Below are positions 1 to 11,830 of a stretch of DNA of 64,000 nt, piece by piece. Source of the stretch: Eledone cirrhosa (Eukaryota). Each line of letters begins with the position of its first letter. Positions within the stretch are counted from its first letter, which is position 1. The notes beneath the pieces were generated by a model. It was not told the origin of the DNA. It worked only from the letters and a program-made list of their open reading frames with translations, and made no database searches. The position numbers were made by a program, and so were the translations under genes. The stretch lies in NCBI GenBank assembly GCA_964016885.1, contig OZ024744.1, positions 36,332,001 through 36,396,000 on the forward strand, read 5' to 3'.

Positions 1-2750
1 TATACGGATGTCTTCCACATTGCTGTAGCTTTTAATGTGTTTATTATCGGGGCTACCTTTTCTACAGATTGCGTTGTTCAGTGTTTTGGCTACATCATGC
101 CTCATAGATAGATAGTACCGCGAAGACATCTTTGGACAGCTTCGATGTTAATTCTGCAGAATCTGCACTTGTTATTACACCTAGGTGTTTTGCCTGCATC
201 TCTATCTCTTTTGTGAATCAGGTATTTCATTTTAATTTCCTGTTCTTGGATCACAAAAGCATATCCTTGAAAGTGGGGAGCCAATATAGCGGTTATTGGT
301 CCAAGATAGCCTACTTTCCTTATCTATATTACTCCCACTCTGCAGCTTCCTGGCAACATACCCATGCATTATTTTTTGCTGATAGGCATGCAGTTTTTCA
401 TCCTTGGATTCACTGCGATACTGCTGAGCGACATCTCTGGGTGTGAGTTTTTGATTATCACACAAGGAATATCTCTCGAGGAGTTCCTTCCCAACTCTCA
501 TGATCTTATCTGTTTCATGCAGATAGACTTGTTCGAGAGACGGGCTCCGACGCTTCAAGGTTCGTAGATGTTGTTGGAGGGATATGATGCGATATTCAAA
601 TGCTGTCTGGACTGATGTTAGGCCTCAGCCTCCCTGCTTACGTTTCAAGTAAAGTCGGTCTATGTCACTGTTGATGTGGAAGTTTCCGGTGTTGTTTAGT
701 ATTTTTCGAGTTCTAACATCAACTGCTCGGATTTCGTCTATCGTCCAATTGAGTATTCCAAAAGTTGGTGTTAGGACAGGCACAGCAAACACATTGTGAG
801 CCACTGTTTTGCTTTTGCGGAGAGAGTGCCGAAGACCAAACCTTTCTTAATCAGGCGTAGTATTCCCTGGTTACGCGTTCCTTATTACAGATACCATTAT
901 AGGTTATTTTCTCATCTATTCCCAGGTATCTGTAGCAATCCTCATCAGATATTGGTGAAACAGTTAGGCCATTGATGACAATATTGCTAGATTGGGTTGT
1001 TGTTTTTCTCCGCTTAACAGTCATGTATGAGCATTTATCTTGGCCAAACTCCATTCCTATATCCTTTGAGAATGTTGTAACCAGGTCAAGATTTTTCTTC
1101 ATCCCATCCATGTTCTTGGCATAGAGTTTCAGATCATCCACAAAGAAATGATGGGTTAGGTTCGTATTTCTGTCCTCCAGTGAGCCAATGATGTATCCCT
1201 CACATTTCTTGAGCAGAAAGGACAAGGGGTTTAATAACAAGATGAATAATATCACTGAGACACTGTCTCCCTGAAAGATACTCCTCCGATATTTTATTTT
1301 ATCAGTGAAAATAGAGTCCTCCCGCTCTGTCTTTAACCATAGGATAGTAGCCCAAGAAGAAGACAGCCTCTCTGAAAATAATGTCTGGGACTTTAGCAAG
1401 TTGGAGGGCCGCTATCTCCAAGAGTGGGGAACACAATCGAAATCTTTCCTTTAGTCCAGCCAGACTAGCCATATGCCTCCTAAGTTGTCGCACCTCCGAC
1501 ATCGCAGTTTTGTTGATTAGGAGTTGTTCAGCACATCCCCAAACCTCTTTCTTTCGAGCTGCTTGTTCATCTGTGATGGTGTTATTATTTTCACAGTGAT
1601 CTTGGAGGAATAGGTTCAAGCAGGCTGTATACATCTTATACATCAGGATCTGGCATGCAATGGGTCGGGAATTATTTGCCAAGTGAGTGTCTTTGTTCTT
1701 GGGGACCAGTAACGTTTGTGCTAATGTCAACCATTCTGGTATAAGTGAATCTCCCTTAGAACTTGTTGGTAGAGGTTAGTAAGATACCTCTGATAGAATA
1801 TCAGTTTTTTGTACCAGTAGTCGACAATCTTGTCTCTTCCTGGTGTTTTCGTATCTTGGAGTTTTCCTATCACAATTTCAAGTGTACCCTCACTTATTTC
1901 GTATGTTTTTGTTGTAATGTAGGAGCAATAGTTCTTTCAGATTTCTTTTAGCCACACTGCATCTTGGTTGAAATTCTTCTTTTCGTCCCATATTTTTCTC
2001 CAAAAGGGATCTATGTCTTTTTGGGATGGGGCCTCGGTGACATTTATTATTTTGCCCTCCATACCTTTATAGATTGATGTTTGGTTTTGTCTGAATCTTT
2101 TATTAAGCAGTTTTCTTTCGTCTACTTTCCTCAGGTATCGGCGTTTTTCGCTAACAGCTCCCAATTCTTGTTTGAGGGTGATCAGCTTATATTGAAGTTT
2201 TCTGGTTCTACTGCAACCAATTTATCTTATTTTTACGTTCAACAAACGTCGCTCGTTTGCGTAATTGTTTCGTTGTGACGTGATTTAGCTCTGGGTGTAT
2301 TTCATACCAGTGTAGCTTCATTCTGTTCATATAACCAATGGAGGGATTGTTTTTTGCCTTTTTATATCAATTAAATCAATCATCATTAAGTTTGCAACTG
2401 CAAGAGAAATGCGATTTATAATTTCGGTTTCTTCTCTAGCTACAACTGAATAAATTTTGTTTACCTTTCTCGTTCTTTTTCTTCGGTACTTCCTTAATGT
2501 TGTTATTGTTGATGTTGTGTTTAGCCATGCTGCTTGTAGCAAATCCTTGTAAAATGAATTATGTATTCAGTCGAATATCTCTACGAATTCGAATAAAAGG
2601 TGTCTTCAGTAGATATAGTTAGAAGAATAACTAGTTAGAAGAATAACTAGTTATTCAACATGACTGGTAGTTGCGGCATTACTCTCGGAGATAGTATTCA
2701 TCTTAAATTTAATGAATAATCACCCACACCAAAATATGCGACTGATCGCA
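1..2750 (-). mobile_element. Decayed R4/Dong-like (RLE-type) non-LTR retrotransposon, family A; 5' end present, runs off window start
   Basis: Fragmented minus ORFs carry RT motifs RPIACQ..YK, IFQGDSVS and HHFFVDDLKLY, then QEQEI, CRFC (CCHC) and RYYL.MRHD. The 5' end abuts (TATG)n at 2751. Many stops and frameshifts. Confidence 0.88.
851..1730 (-). pseudogene. Reverse transcriptase core fragments of family A element
   Basis: ORFs 1302-1730 and 851-1399 with RT motifs (QGDS, FVDD), frameshifted. Confidence 0.85.
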
Positions 2751-2850
2751 TGTATGTATGTATGTATGTATGTATGTATGTATGTATGTATGTATGTATG
2801 TATGTATGAATGTATGTATGTATGTATGTATGTATGTATGTATGTATGTA
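2751..2850. repeat. (TATG)n microsatellite
   Basis: Direct tandem repeat. Confidence 0.97.
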
Positions 2851-3089
2851 CGTATGTGCGTGAGTGTATGTGTTTGTATGTGCTCGTAAGTGCATGTATG
2901 CATACATATATGGACACACAGGCACGGACACAGACTCACACACATATATATATATGTCTATACATACGCATATATATACATATATATATATGCATATTCA
3001 TTTATTATTATGCTGGTTCCAGTCAATGAACTGCGCCCATGTTTGGGCATATGTATAATATACCCTTGCATAAACACATATACACAAGC

Positions 3090-3232
<143 letters not shown>

Positions 3233-3663
3233 TATATATATATATATTTATAGCAATTAATTTGAAAATTTCCTCTGCAACAAATTATTATATTGGTGTG
3301 ACCGGGGTTGGTGTTGGAATGAGGGATTATTTTTAACAAACTTTAGAGATGTATAGAAAAAGAAATGAATATAGAATATTTAACCAAGGACGGTTATTGC
3401 AGTGAATTTGATTAAAACTATGCCAACCATTGAAATAACATTAAACATCAAAGGAAGGAAAAATCGAATCAAGAAATGGAGATTTCGATATATTTCTATT
3501 AGAGCTGTACTTCGTCCATCCAAATGACTTCATTTTTTAGAAATATATCGATCAATATTTTAATATACAACCTTCAGTTACTCTCTCTCTTTGTCTCTTT
3601 CTCTTTGTCTCTCTCTATTTCTCTCTCTCCCCCTTTCTCTCTCTCTCACACACACACATACAG

Positions 3664-3687
<24 letters not shown>

Positions 3688-3701
<14 letters not shown>

Positions 3702-3804
3702 GTTTATATATATGTATATATATATATATGTGTGTTTATAATATATATTTATATAATATATATATATGTATGTATATATGTATGTATATATATGTATATA
3801 TATG

Positions 3805-3875
<71 letters not shown>

Positions 3876-3881
3876 ATATAC

Positions 3882-3923
<42 letters not shown>
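3688..3923. repeat. Imperfect (TA)n microsatellite
   Basis: Direct tandem repeat. Confidence 0.95.
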
Positions 3924-3924
<1 letters not shown>

Positions 3925-3926
<2 letters not shown>

Positions 3927-4040
3927 GAACGCGTAGGACCCCGACGGCTGAGCCCAAGCCGTTTCGACGGCTAATTCTGGAAGTCCAGAATTAGCCGTCT
4001 AAACGGCTTGAGCTCAGCCGTCGGGGTCCTACTCGTTCCT
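3925..4040. repeat. 116-bp near-perfect palindrome, part of a short (TA)n-embedded element
   Basis: Arms aggaacgcgtaggacccc...ctaattctgg and ccagaattag...ggggtcctactcgttcct are reverse complements with 3 mismatches. Confidence 0.92.
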
Positions 4041-4742
<702 letters not shown>

Positions 4743-4752
4743 ATATATATAT

Positions 4753-5297
4753 AGTATAAAAGAGAAAACACAGGTAAGCATTAAGAGAAGGATTTTATCC
4801 AGGTATTTACGACCGTTTCATTGGTAAGTGCATTCCACTCTACCCCTCCCTCCATCTCAGTTTGTCACTTTACTTCCTACCTCTTCCCCCTTCCTCTCTC
4901 TCTATACTATTCCGTCTGTCCCCTCACCTTCTGATTCATCTCTCTCTATACTAGTAAATACAATTCCAAATAAATGTTTTTCTCTATATATTAAGAATTA
5001 TTTCAAGAGTAACTTACTATTTTGAAAATTTGGACTGTGAACAACAATTATAATTGAGTAGCTGCTATTTGCATTATAGCAGTATAAGGTTGCACTTACC
5101 AATGAAACGGTCGTAAATACCTGCATAAAATCCTTCTCTTAATGCTTACCTGTGTTTTCTCTTTTATACTTTATACTCCAAGATTGAACGGATTTCTTAC
5201 AAACTTGTGGAGTTACCCCTAACTATACGTTGAAACCTTCCATGAAACTGGCTTTCTTAACCAAGAACTGGATCACAATAAGAATTTGTTTGCTTCT

Positions 5298-5302
<5 letters not shown>
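4753..5302. mobile_element. Short element with 80-bp inverted repeat (4753-4832 / 5091-5170); Penelope-like terminus or MITE
   Basis: The inverted repeat has one mismatch. The right copy is internal, with ~130 bp more before (TA)n, and contains GAAACGGTCGTA, resembling the 3' half of a hammerhead. Class assignment is inference. Confidence 0.5.
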
Positions 5303-5333
<31 letters not shown>

Positions 5334-5671
5334 TGTAGTGATTTATCTGATTACCTATCTATATATGTTTATATATGGGGGCCCATATAATATTAAATCA
5401 TTGCAAATTATTGCGGTAATTTGTAGACGATATGCCGCGGTTATTGTGTATAATCTAATCTCTTGCGTTCACCCTCCCTTTCTTTCTTTCCTTCTCATAT
5501 TTCTTTCACTTTCTCTGTGTCTCTCACTCACACATACACAAAGATGTATAGATAGTTATGATCATAAACTGAGAGAGGGTGAGGGAGAGGGAGAGAGAGA
5601 GAGAAACGTTAGCTATATACGTATATATATATACACACACGCATATATATAGACACACACACACATATATA

Positions 5672-6835
5672 TCTATATATAACCATTTGTATATATATAT
5701 TATAAAGCTGACGGCTGTATGTATGTAACACACTTTTCGCCAAACACCTGGACCAAACAGCACCAAATTTGCACCATAGATGTAACTTTTCCAAGTAAGA
5801 AAGGGAGAGTATTTTTGTCTTCTAAATTTCGTTAAAAGATTAAAGATATTTTCTCGTTTATTTAAATATTCACTTCTGTGAAATTTTCAAATGTCAACAC
5901 TTCCGGTTATACGACATTCCCCTCTCTTTCTTAGTCTGTATTTTTAGATAGATATATAGCTATAACGTCGCACTATTATAATATCTGTCTGTCTTCACGA
6001 ACCAAAGTATCGTCTTCCTGTTTTCCTTCGGTTGCAACGTTTTTCGAAATATTTACTTCTGCATTCACAGATTGATTTTTTTAGTTTCAGAAGATCCCGT
6101 TAAGGGTGAAAGTAGCGATTCTTTGCTTACACTTTAATCTGTTATTTTAATATATATATAATTATATATTCGTGTACAGATATTTTAGCATACACAAACA
6201 CAAAATATAAACAAACGTATTTATTTCACGAAAGCACAGACGGCTTATCGTCATTGTTACTGCCGAAATGCCACCCAAAAAGTCCCAGCCTGACCGCAAG
6301 ATCAGATTTTCCAGAAGAAAAAATGTTACTAGAGCAACAGAGAGACTAAGCTTCGCGATTACCATCAACAAAGCTCATGGTCAAACCCTAAGTGTAGCTG
6401 GCCTTCATCTTGGAAAACCATGCTTCTCCCGTGGTCAATTGTATGTAGGATGTTCTAGGGTGAGATCGTCAAACAATCTCTTCATCTTTGCTCCTGCGGG
6501 CCGAACAAAAAATATTGTATACTCCGAGGCTCTAACAATGTAATTTATGTATTTTCTCTTACTTAGAATTTCCATTATGGTTGTACAAATTATTGTAAAG
6601 TTTGTTAAAAAATTTGTTCTCTGTTCAGCCTTTATTGTTGTAACTATCAATTTTCTTTAACGTACTGGCTGCTGAACTGGAGAATCCTAAAAACTATTCA
6701 AACCCAACATCAGAGCAGGTTAGCCCTCGCTGACTTGAGAGGGCGTGCGGTATCTTTGCACTGGGGTGGAGGGGGGATTCCTGAAAAGATAAAATGCCGG
6801 TATACATAGCCGGAGCGAGCCGGACGGGTCAGCTA

Positions 6836-6836
<1 letters not shown>
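5672..6836 (+). mobile_element. Non-autonomous (internally deleted) Helitron
   Basis: 5' TC(TA)n-type start (exact start uncertain), PIF1-like helicase C-terminal fragment, GC-rich subterminal segment and CTAG 3' end (6833-6836) followed by T. Confidence 0.8.
6346..6543 (+). pseudogene. C-terminal fragment of Helitron RepHel PIF1-family helicase
   Basis: LSFAITINKAHGQTL..AGLHL..PCFSRGQLYVGCSRV...TKNIVY.EAL matches helicase motifs V-VI. Confidence 0.9.
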
Positions 6837-6923
<87 letters not shown>

Positions 6924-7304
6924 ATATATATATATATATACATGTCTTCTACAGGACTAGGACTGTTTCATTAGTATGAAATTATCAGGAATGCCCACAG
7001 CTCCTACAGCTAACTTTGTAAACGTTATTCTATATATGTATATAATTCTCTAAGTTTTGGCTATCTTTTATTGAGATTTTCCGTACTTCTGTAACACAAC
7101 TTTCTGTTCATATATATATATAAATGTTGTATGTATATTTGTGTGTATGTGTGTGTGTGTGTGTGTGTATGTATTTGTGTTTGTGTGCCTGTGTATGTGT
7201 GTGTGCGTGTGTGTGTGTCTATGTATATATAATATGAATATGGTATTAGGCAAAACTAAGCAAGATTTATTGAAATTCGAAGAAACATTTATTATACAAT
7301 AGGG

Positions 7305-7790
7305 TCTCTAACACGTGTTTCAATGCAGCTGTGCAATCATTTACGAGAGCTGAATTATTATATACTTCATAATCTACTATCTCACACTGCGCATTTTAGA
7401 TCTATATTTTATCAGACAGTTTCGAAGGAAACTTGGATCCTGTGGACGAAGTCACGCTTATATAGTAAATCCAGTATGTACACGGGTAAATACTCAATGT
7501 ACATATAGCCAAATTTGCTAGATAATAAACATGCAAATTTAAATTTAAATAAATAAATAAATATACAAATGTATATGTATGCACACTTTACTGTTTTGTA
7601 CAAGTTAAAGAGTATGTAAACAAACTTTAATATAGGCAATAGAATGTGTTAGTAAATCATTAGTGTAAATGGGAGTGGCAAATCATTCGCAAGAGACTGT
7701 TCCTTTTTAATCACTAGTGGTGTGAATGCACTAAAAGCTAAGCTTAGGAAAAAGGAGGCATTGTAATATATAAAATGTTTTATTTATTTT
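7305..7790. mobile_element. Possible Penelope-like remnant (degenerate hammerhead on minus strand, GIY-YIG-like traces on plus strand)
   Basis: Minus 7350-7305 reads tctcgtaaatgattgcacagctgcattGAAACACGTGTTagaga. Plus ~7615-7785 has CKQ..IG and LRKKEAL.YIKCF-like traces. Heavily decayed. Confidence 0.3.
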
Positions 7791-8184
7791 TCTCTTTATT
7801 TCAACCTGTTGGAATTCTTTCCCTTTTACGCTATTTCCTTATAATCTTTACTTCCTTTGATCTCGTCCAATAAATGTTATATATTACATTGTTTAAAGTC
7901 AGATTTAAGTCAGATTTAATTGTCCAAGCATCCTGTCTTTCGGTTGTATGATAGACACGACAAAAAAAAACGATGGAGTAAATAGAACAAGATGAAAAGA
8001 AAGTGGAGACACAAATGCAAGAATAGTGATCGAGAAAGCCACATAATGCGTGACAAAAGAAACAAATTCCTGATTCGTAAATTAATCAAGGAATAGATTA
8101 GCTTTCTAATTAATAATACAACTGATGTGAAACTCACTGGGGCGTGTGTTTTTATTGACTGTATGATCTTCCCAAAATATACCA

Positions 8185-8376
<192 letters not shown>

Positions 8377-8994
8377 TGTATATATACCTTTTAGATACAT
8401 ACATACAGAGTTATATTGTGTTGTTTATTATATAATTATATAACTCTGTACTATACATAGAGCACTCTTCTTTCCTTTAACTTTTCTACGGAAATACTTT
8501 ACACACACACACCCACACACCCACCCACACACACACCCACACACACACATATATATATATACACACGTAGGCATATATATATATATATATATATATATAA
8601 ATGTGTGTGATTATGAGTACATAAATGTGAGTGTGTATTTTGTGTACTTTTTCACATATATACGCTAGCATTATAGGAAACATGTACAACAAAATAAAAT
8701 TGTATAAAAATGAGAACAAATGCCCAAACACATAACAATGTACGCGCCTATATCCTATCACAAACACTCACATAGACAGATATATTAGCTGAGTCTAACA
8801 TCATTGATTCGAAGTTTCCTTTTTGTCATCGCCATTTTAGGTTTCAGATATATAGAATTTGTATTGAGAATTGTCTTTTCTCTATTTATTGATACACTAT
8901 TGAGGTAAATACAAATTATCCACAATTGAAAAAGATGAAATCAAGTGATAAATTCAAATGTTAATTTGCAAAGTTTCATTATATATATATTATA

Positions 8995-9187
8995 TATGTA
9001 TGTATTTATGTATGTAAAACTGTCTGTGTGTCCATCTGTGAGTCTGTCTGTCTGTATGTATGCATGTATGTAAAACTGTCTGTCAAGTGACTGTGTATGT
9101 TTGTATGTATGTATGTATGTATGTATGTATGTATGTATGTATGTATGTATGTATGTATGTATGTATGTATGTATGTATGTATGTATG
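8995..9187. repeat. Compound satellite: (TATG)n with gtaaaactgtctg... spacers
   Basis: The same spacer units recur at 11130-11620, on the other side of the inserted element. Confidence 0.9.
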
Positions 9188-11063
9188 TTTTCTCTTTCTC
9201 TTAATTTCGAGTATATTTTTTTGACCGGCCACCTTCCTGGTGGGAAGGTTGTAAAAGAAAAGAAATTGTCATCCCTTGAATCGCAAGAATATTTGCAAAT
9301 TTTGAAGGTGCCAGCTATCGCAGCCATTTGTAGACTATGAATTAGGGAGCTGCGCTTTTTGTCCGCAAATCCAAGTTCAGTCATACTTTGGTCCAAGCGG
9401 GTTGGTATATAACCCGTAGCACCAATAATGATGGGTATGAAGCTAAAGGTGTATTTTGGATACTGGATTTGTAAACTCCTCATCAATGGTCCGTAGATAT
9501 CCTCCTTCTCCTGTATTTTTCTGACAACGTTTACACAAGTGGGCAGCTGATCTCCACAACAGAACACGTTTTCAATGTGTGGTCCCAAACTACAATATCA
9601 GGCCGGTTGTGCTTTAATTTGGTGGCAGTTTTTATTTTCAGGTTCCACCAGTATTCCTTAGTGCCATCTGTCTCAATATATTCTTCCTCGTTTGTTGTTA
9701 ATTTTGTTTTCCGAAGTGCGTTCCAGATGGTTCTAGCTATCCCATCGTGTCTCATGGGGAGGTAGTAGCGAGATGACATTCTTTCGCAGCTGGCAACAAT
9801 GTGGCTTACATCCTCGATCTTTGTTTTACATAGCCTACATTTATTGTCAGCTGCTGGCCCTCCTCTTTTGTGCAGCAGATATTTGGTAGGGAGTTCTTGT
9901 TCCTGTATTGCATAGATATATCCCTCAAGGTGTGATATCATAAACTTGTCGGAACTCCATGCCACGCTTTTTGAGTGGTTTATCCCTTCTATGGTCTGTG
10001 TTTTACGCCTCAAGTATCCATGCACAACTTTTTCTGTAAATTGGTCAATTTTTTCATCTTGTTTGAACATTGAATAGGATCTTCCGATTTCTCTGGGTGA
10101 GAGATTTATATCAGGCTTTATTCCATATCTCTCCTCCAGATCAGTCGCTATTCTAATGATATTTCTTTTTTCATGGTCATAAACCTGGGCAAGATGGTTG
10201 CCAACCTTTTTCCTCTGTTGAAGGTGTTGCTTCAGTGTTACTATCCGGGTCTCATATGTTGTTAATATTGATTTTAGACCCCGGCCACCTTCCTTGCGTG
10301 AGAAGTATAGCCTATCCACATCACCATTGATGTTAAAGTTCCCAGTAACACTGAGAAGTTTTCGAGTTCTAACATCCATCTCACTTAGTTTTTGCAATAA
10401 CCAGTTCAGTAGGCCAAATGTTGGCGTTAGAATTGGCACAGCATAAGTATTGTGGGCAATGTATTTGTTGTATGCTGACAGTTCTGATGACCATATTTTC
10501 TTTACTCTTCTGAGGTATTCAGTTCTGGTTCTCTCCTTATTTATGGGTCCATCATATCTGACATTCTCATCCTGTCCAAGATATCTGTAGTTGTCACCTG
10601 ACTGCAGAGGTTGTATTGTCAGGCCGTTCATCTCTAGATTTCTAGAGGAGGGCACAGCACTTCCACGTTTTACTGCCAAATATGCACACTTGGACTCACC
10701 AAATTTCATTTTGATGTCGGTTGAAAATTGTGTAATGAGGTCCAATTGTTTCATGATGTCATTGATATTTGGCCCATTCAACTTCAGGTCATCAACAAAG
10801 AAAAGATGGGAGATACTTCTGGGCCCACTTCTTTGTCCACCTTGTTTCCTGAGTAGGTAAGATAGTGGATTCAGTGAGAGAACGAAGAGTAGCACTGACA
10901 AGCTATCACCCTGAAAGATGCCCTTCTGGTAATGTATCTTATCAGTCTTAACCTGCTCCTTCTCACCTCTAAGGATCAAACTGGTGTACCAGTTCTTGGT
11001 CAGGCGTTCAACAGCAGCTACCAATGGTTGTGGGACTTTAGCTAACTGTAAGGCCTTAACAAT
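9188..11063 (-). mobile_element. R4/Dong-like non-LTR retrotransposon family B, copy 1 (5'-truncated)
   Basis: ORF 9531-11024 has KGIFQGDSLS, HLFFVDDLKL, CRLC..H...C, RHD and RPDIVVWD..E (RLE). (TATG)n on both flanks. Confidence 0.95.
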
Positions 11064-11370
11064 GTATGTATGTATGTATGTATGTATGTATGTATGTATG
11101 TATGTATGTATGTATGTATGTATGTATGTATATTTGTATGTATGTATGTAAAACTGTCTGTCAAGTGACTGTGTCTGTCTGTCTGTCTGTATGTATGTAT
11201 GTAAATCTGTCTGTCAAGTGACTGTGTCTGTCTGTCTGTCTGTCTGTATGTATGTATGTATGTATGTATGTATGTATGTATTTATGTATGTAAAACTGTC
11301 TGTGTGTCCATCTGTGAGTCCATCTGTATGTATGTATGTATGTATGTATGTATGTATGTATGTATGTATG

Positions 11371-11402
<32 letters not shown>

Positions 11403-11486
11403 ACTGTCTGTGTGTCCATCTGTGAGTTCATCTGTATGTATGTATGTATGTATGTATGTATGTATGTATGTATGTATGTATGTATG

Positions 11487-11518
<32 letters not shown>

Positions 11519-11748
11519 ACTGTCTATCAAGTGTCTATGTGTCTGTCTGTATGTATATTTGTTTGTATGTGTATATGTATGTATCTATGTATGTAAAACT
11601 GTCTGTCTATGTGTCTATCTGTGATTCTGTATGCGCGGTTGTTGGCGCATAAAGAAATATATCTGTCTGTCTGTCTGTATGTATGTATGTATGTATGTAT
11701 GTATGTATGTATGTATGTATGTATGTATGTATGTATGCATGTATGTAT
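11064..11748. repeat. Compound (TATG)n/(TCTG)n satellite with repeated gtaaaactgtctg spacers
   Basis: Direct inspection. Confidence 0.92.
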
Positions 11749-11830
11749 GTTTTCTCTTTCTCTTAATTTCGAGTATATTCTTTTGACCGGCCACCTTCCT
11801 GGTGGCAAGGTTGTAAAAGAAAAGAAATTG

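Noticed and set aside
6268-6543. Host PIF1 helicase exon
   Set aside because: It ends with the Helitron-typical TKNIVY.EAL C-terminus and is followed by a CTAG Helitron terminus.
11130-11620. Repeat-spacer pattern resembling a CRISPR array
   Set aside because: The spacers are themselves microsatellite and repeated, there are no cas genes, and the context is eukaryotic.
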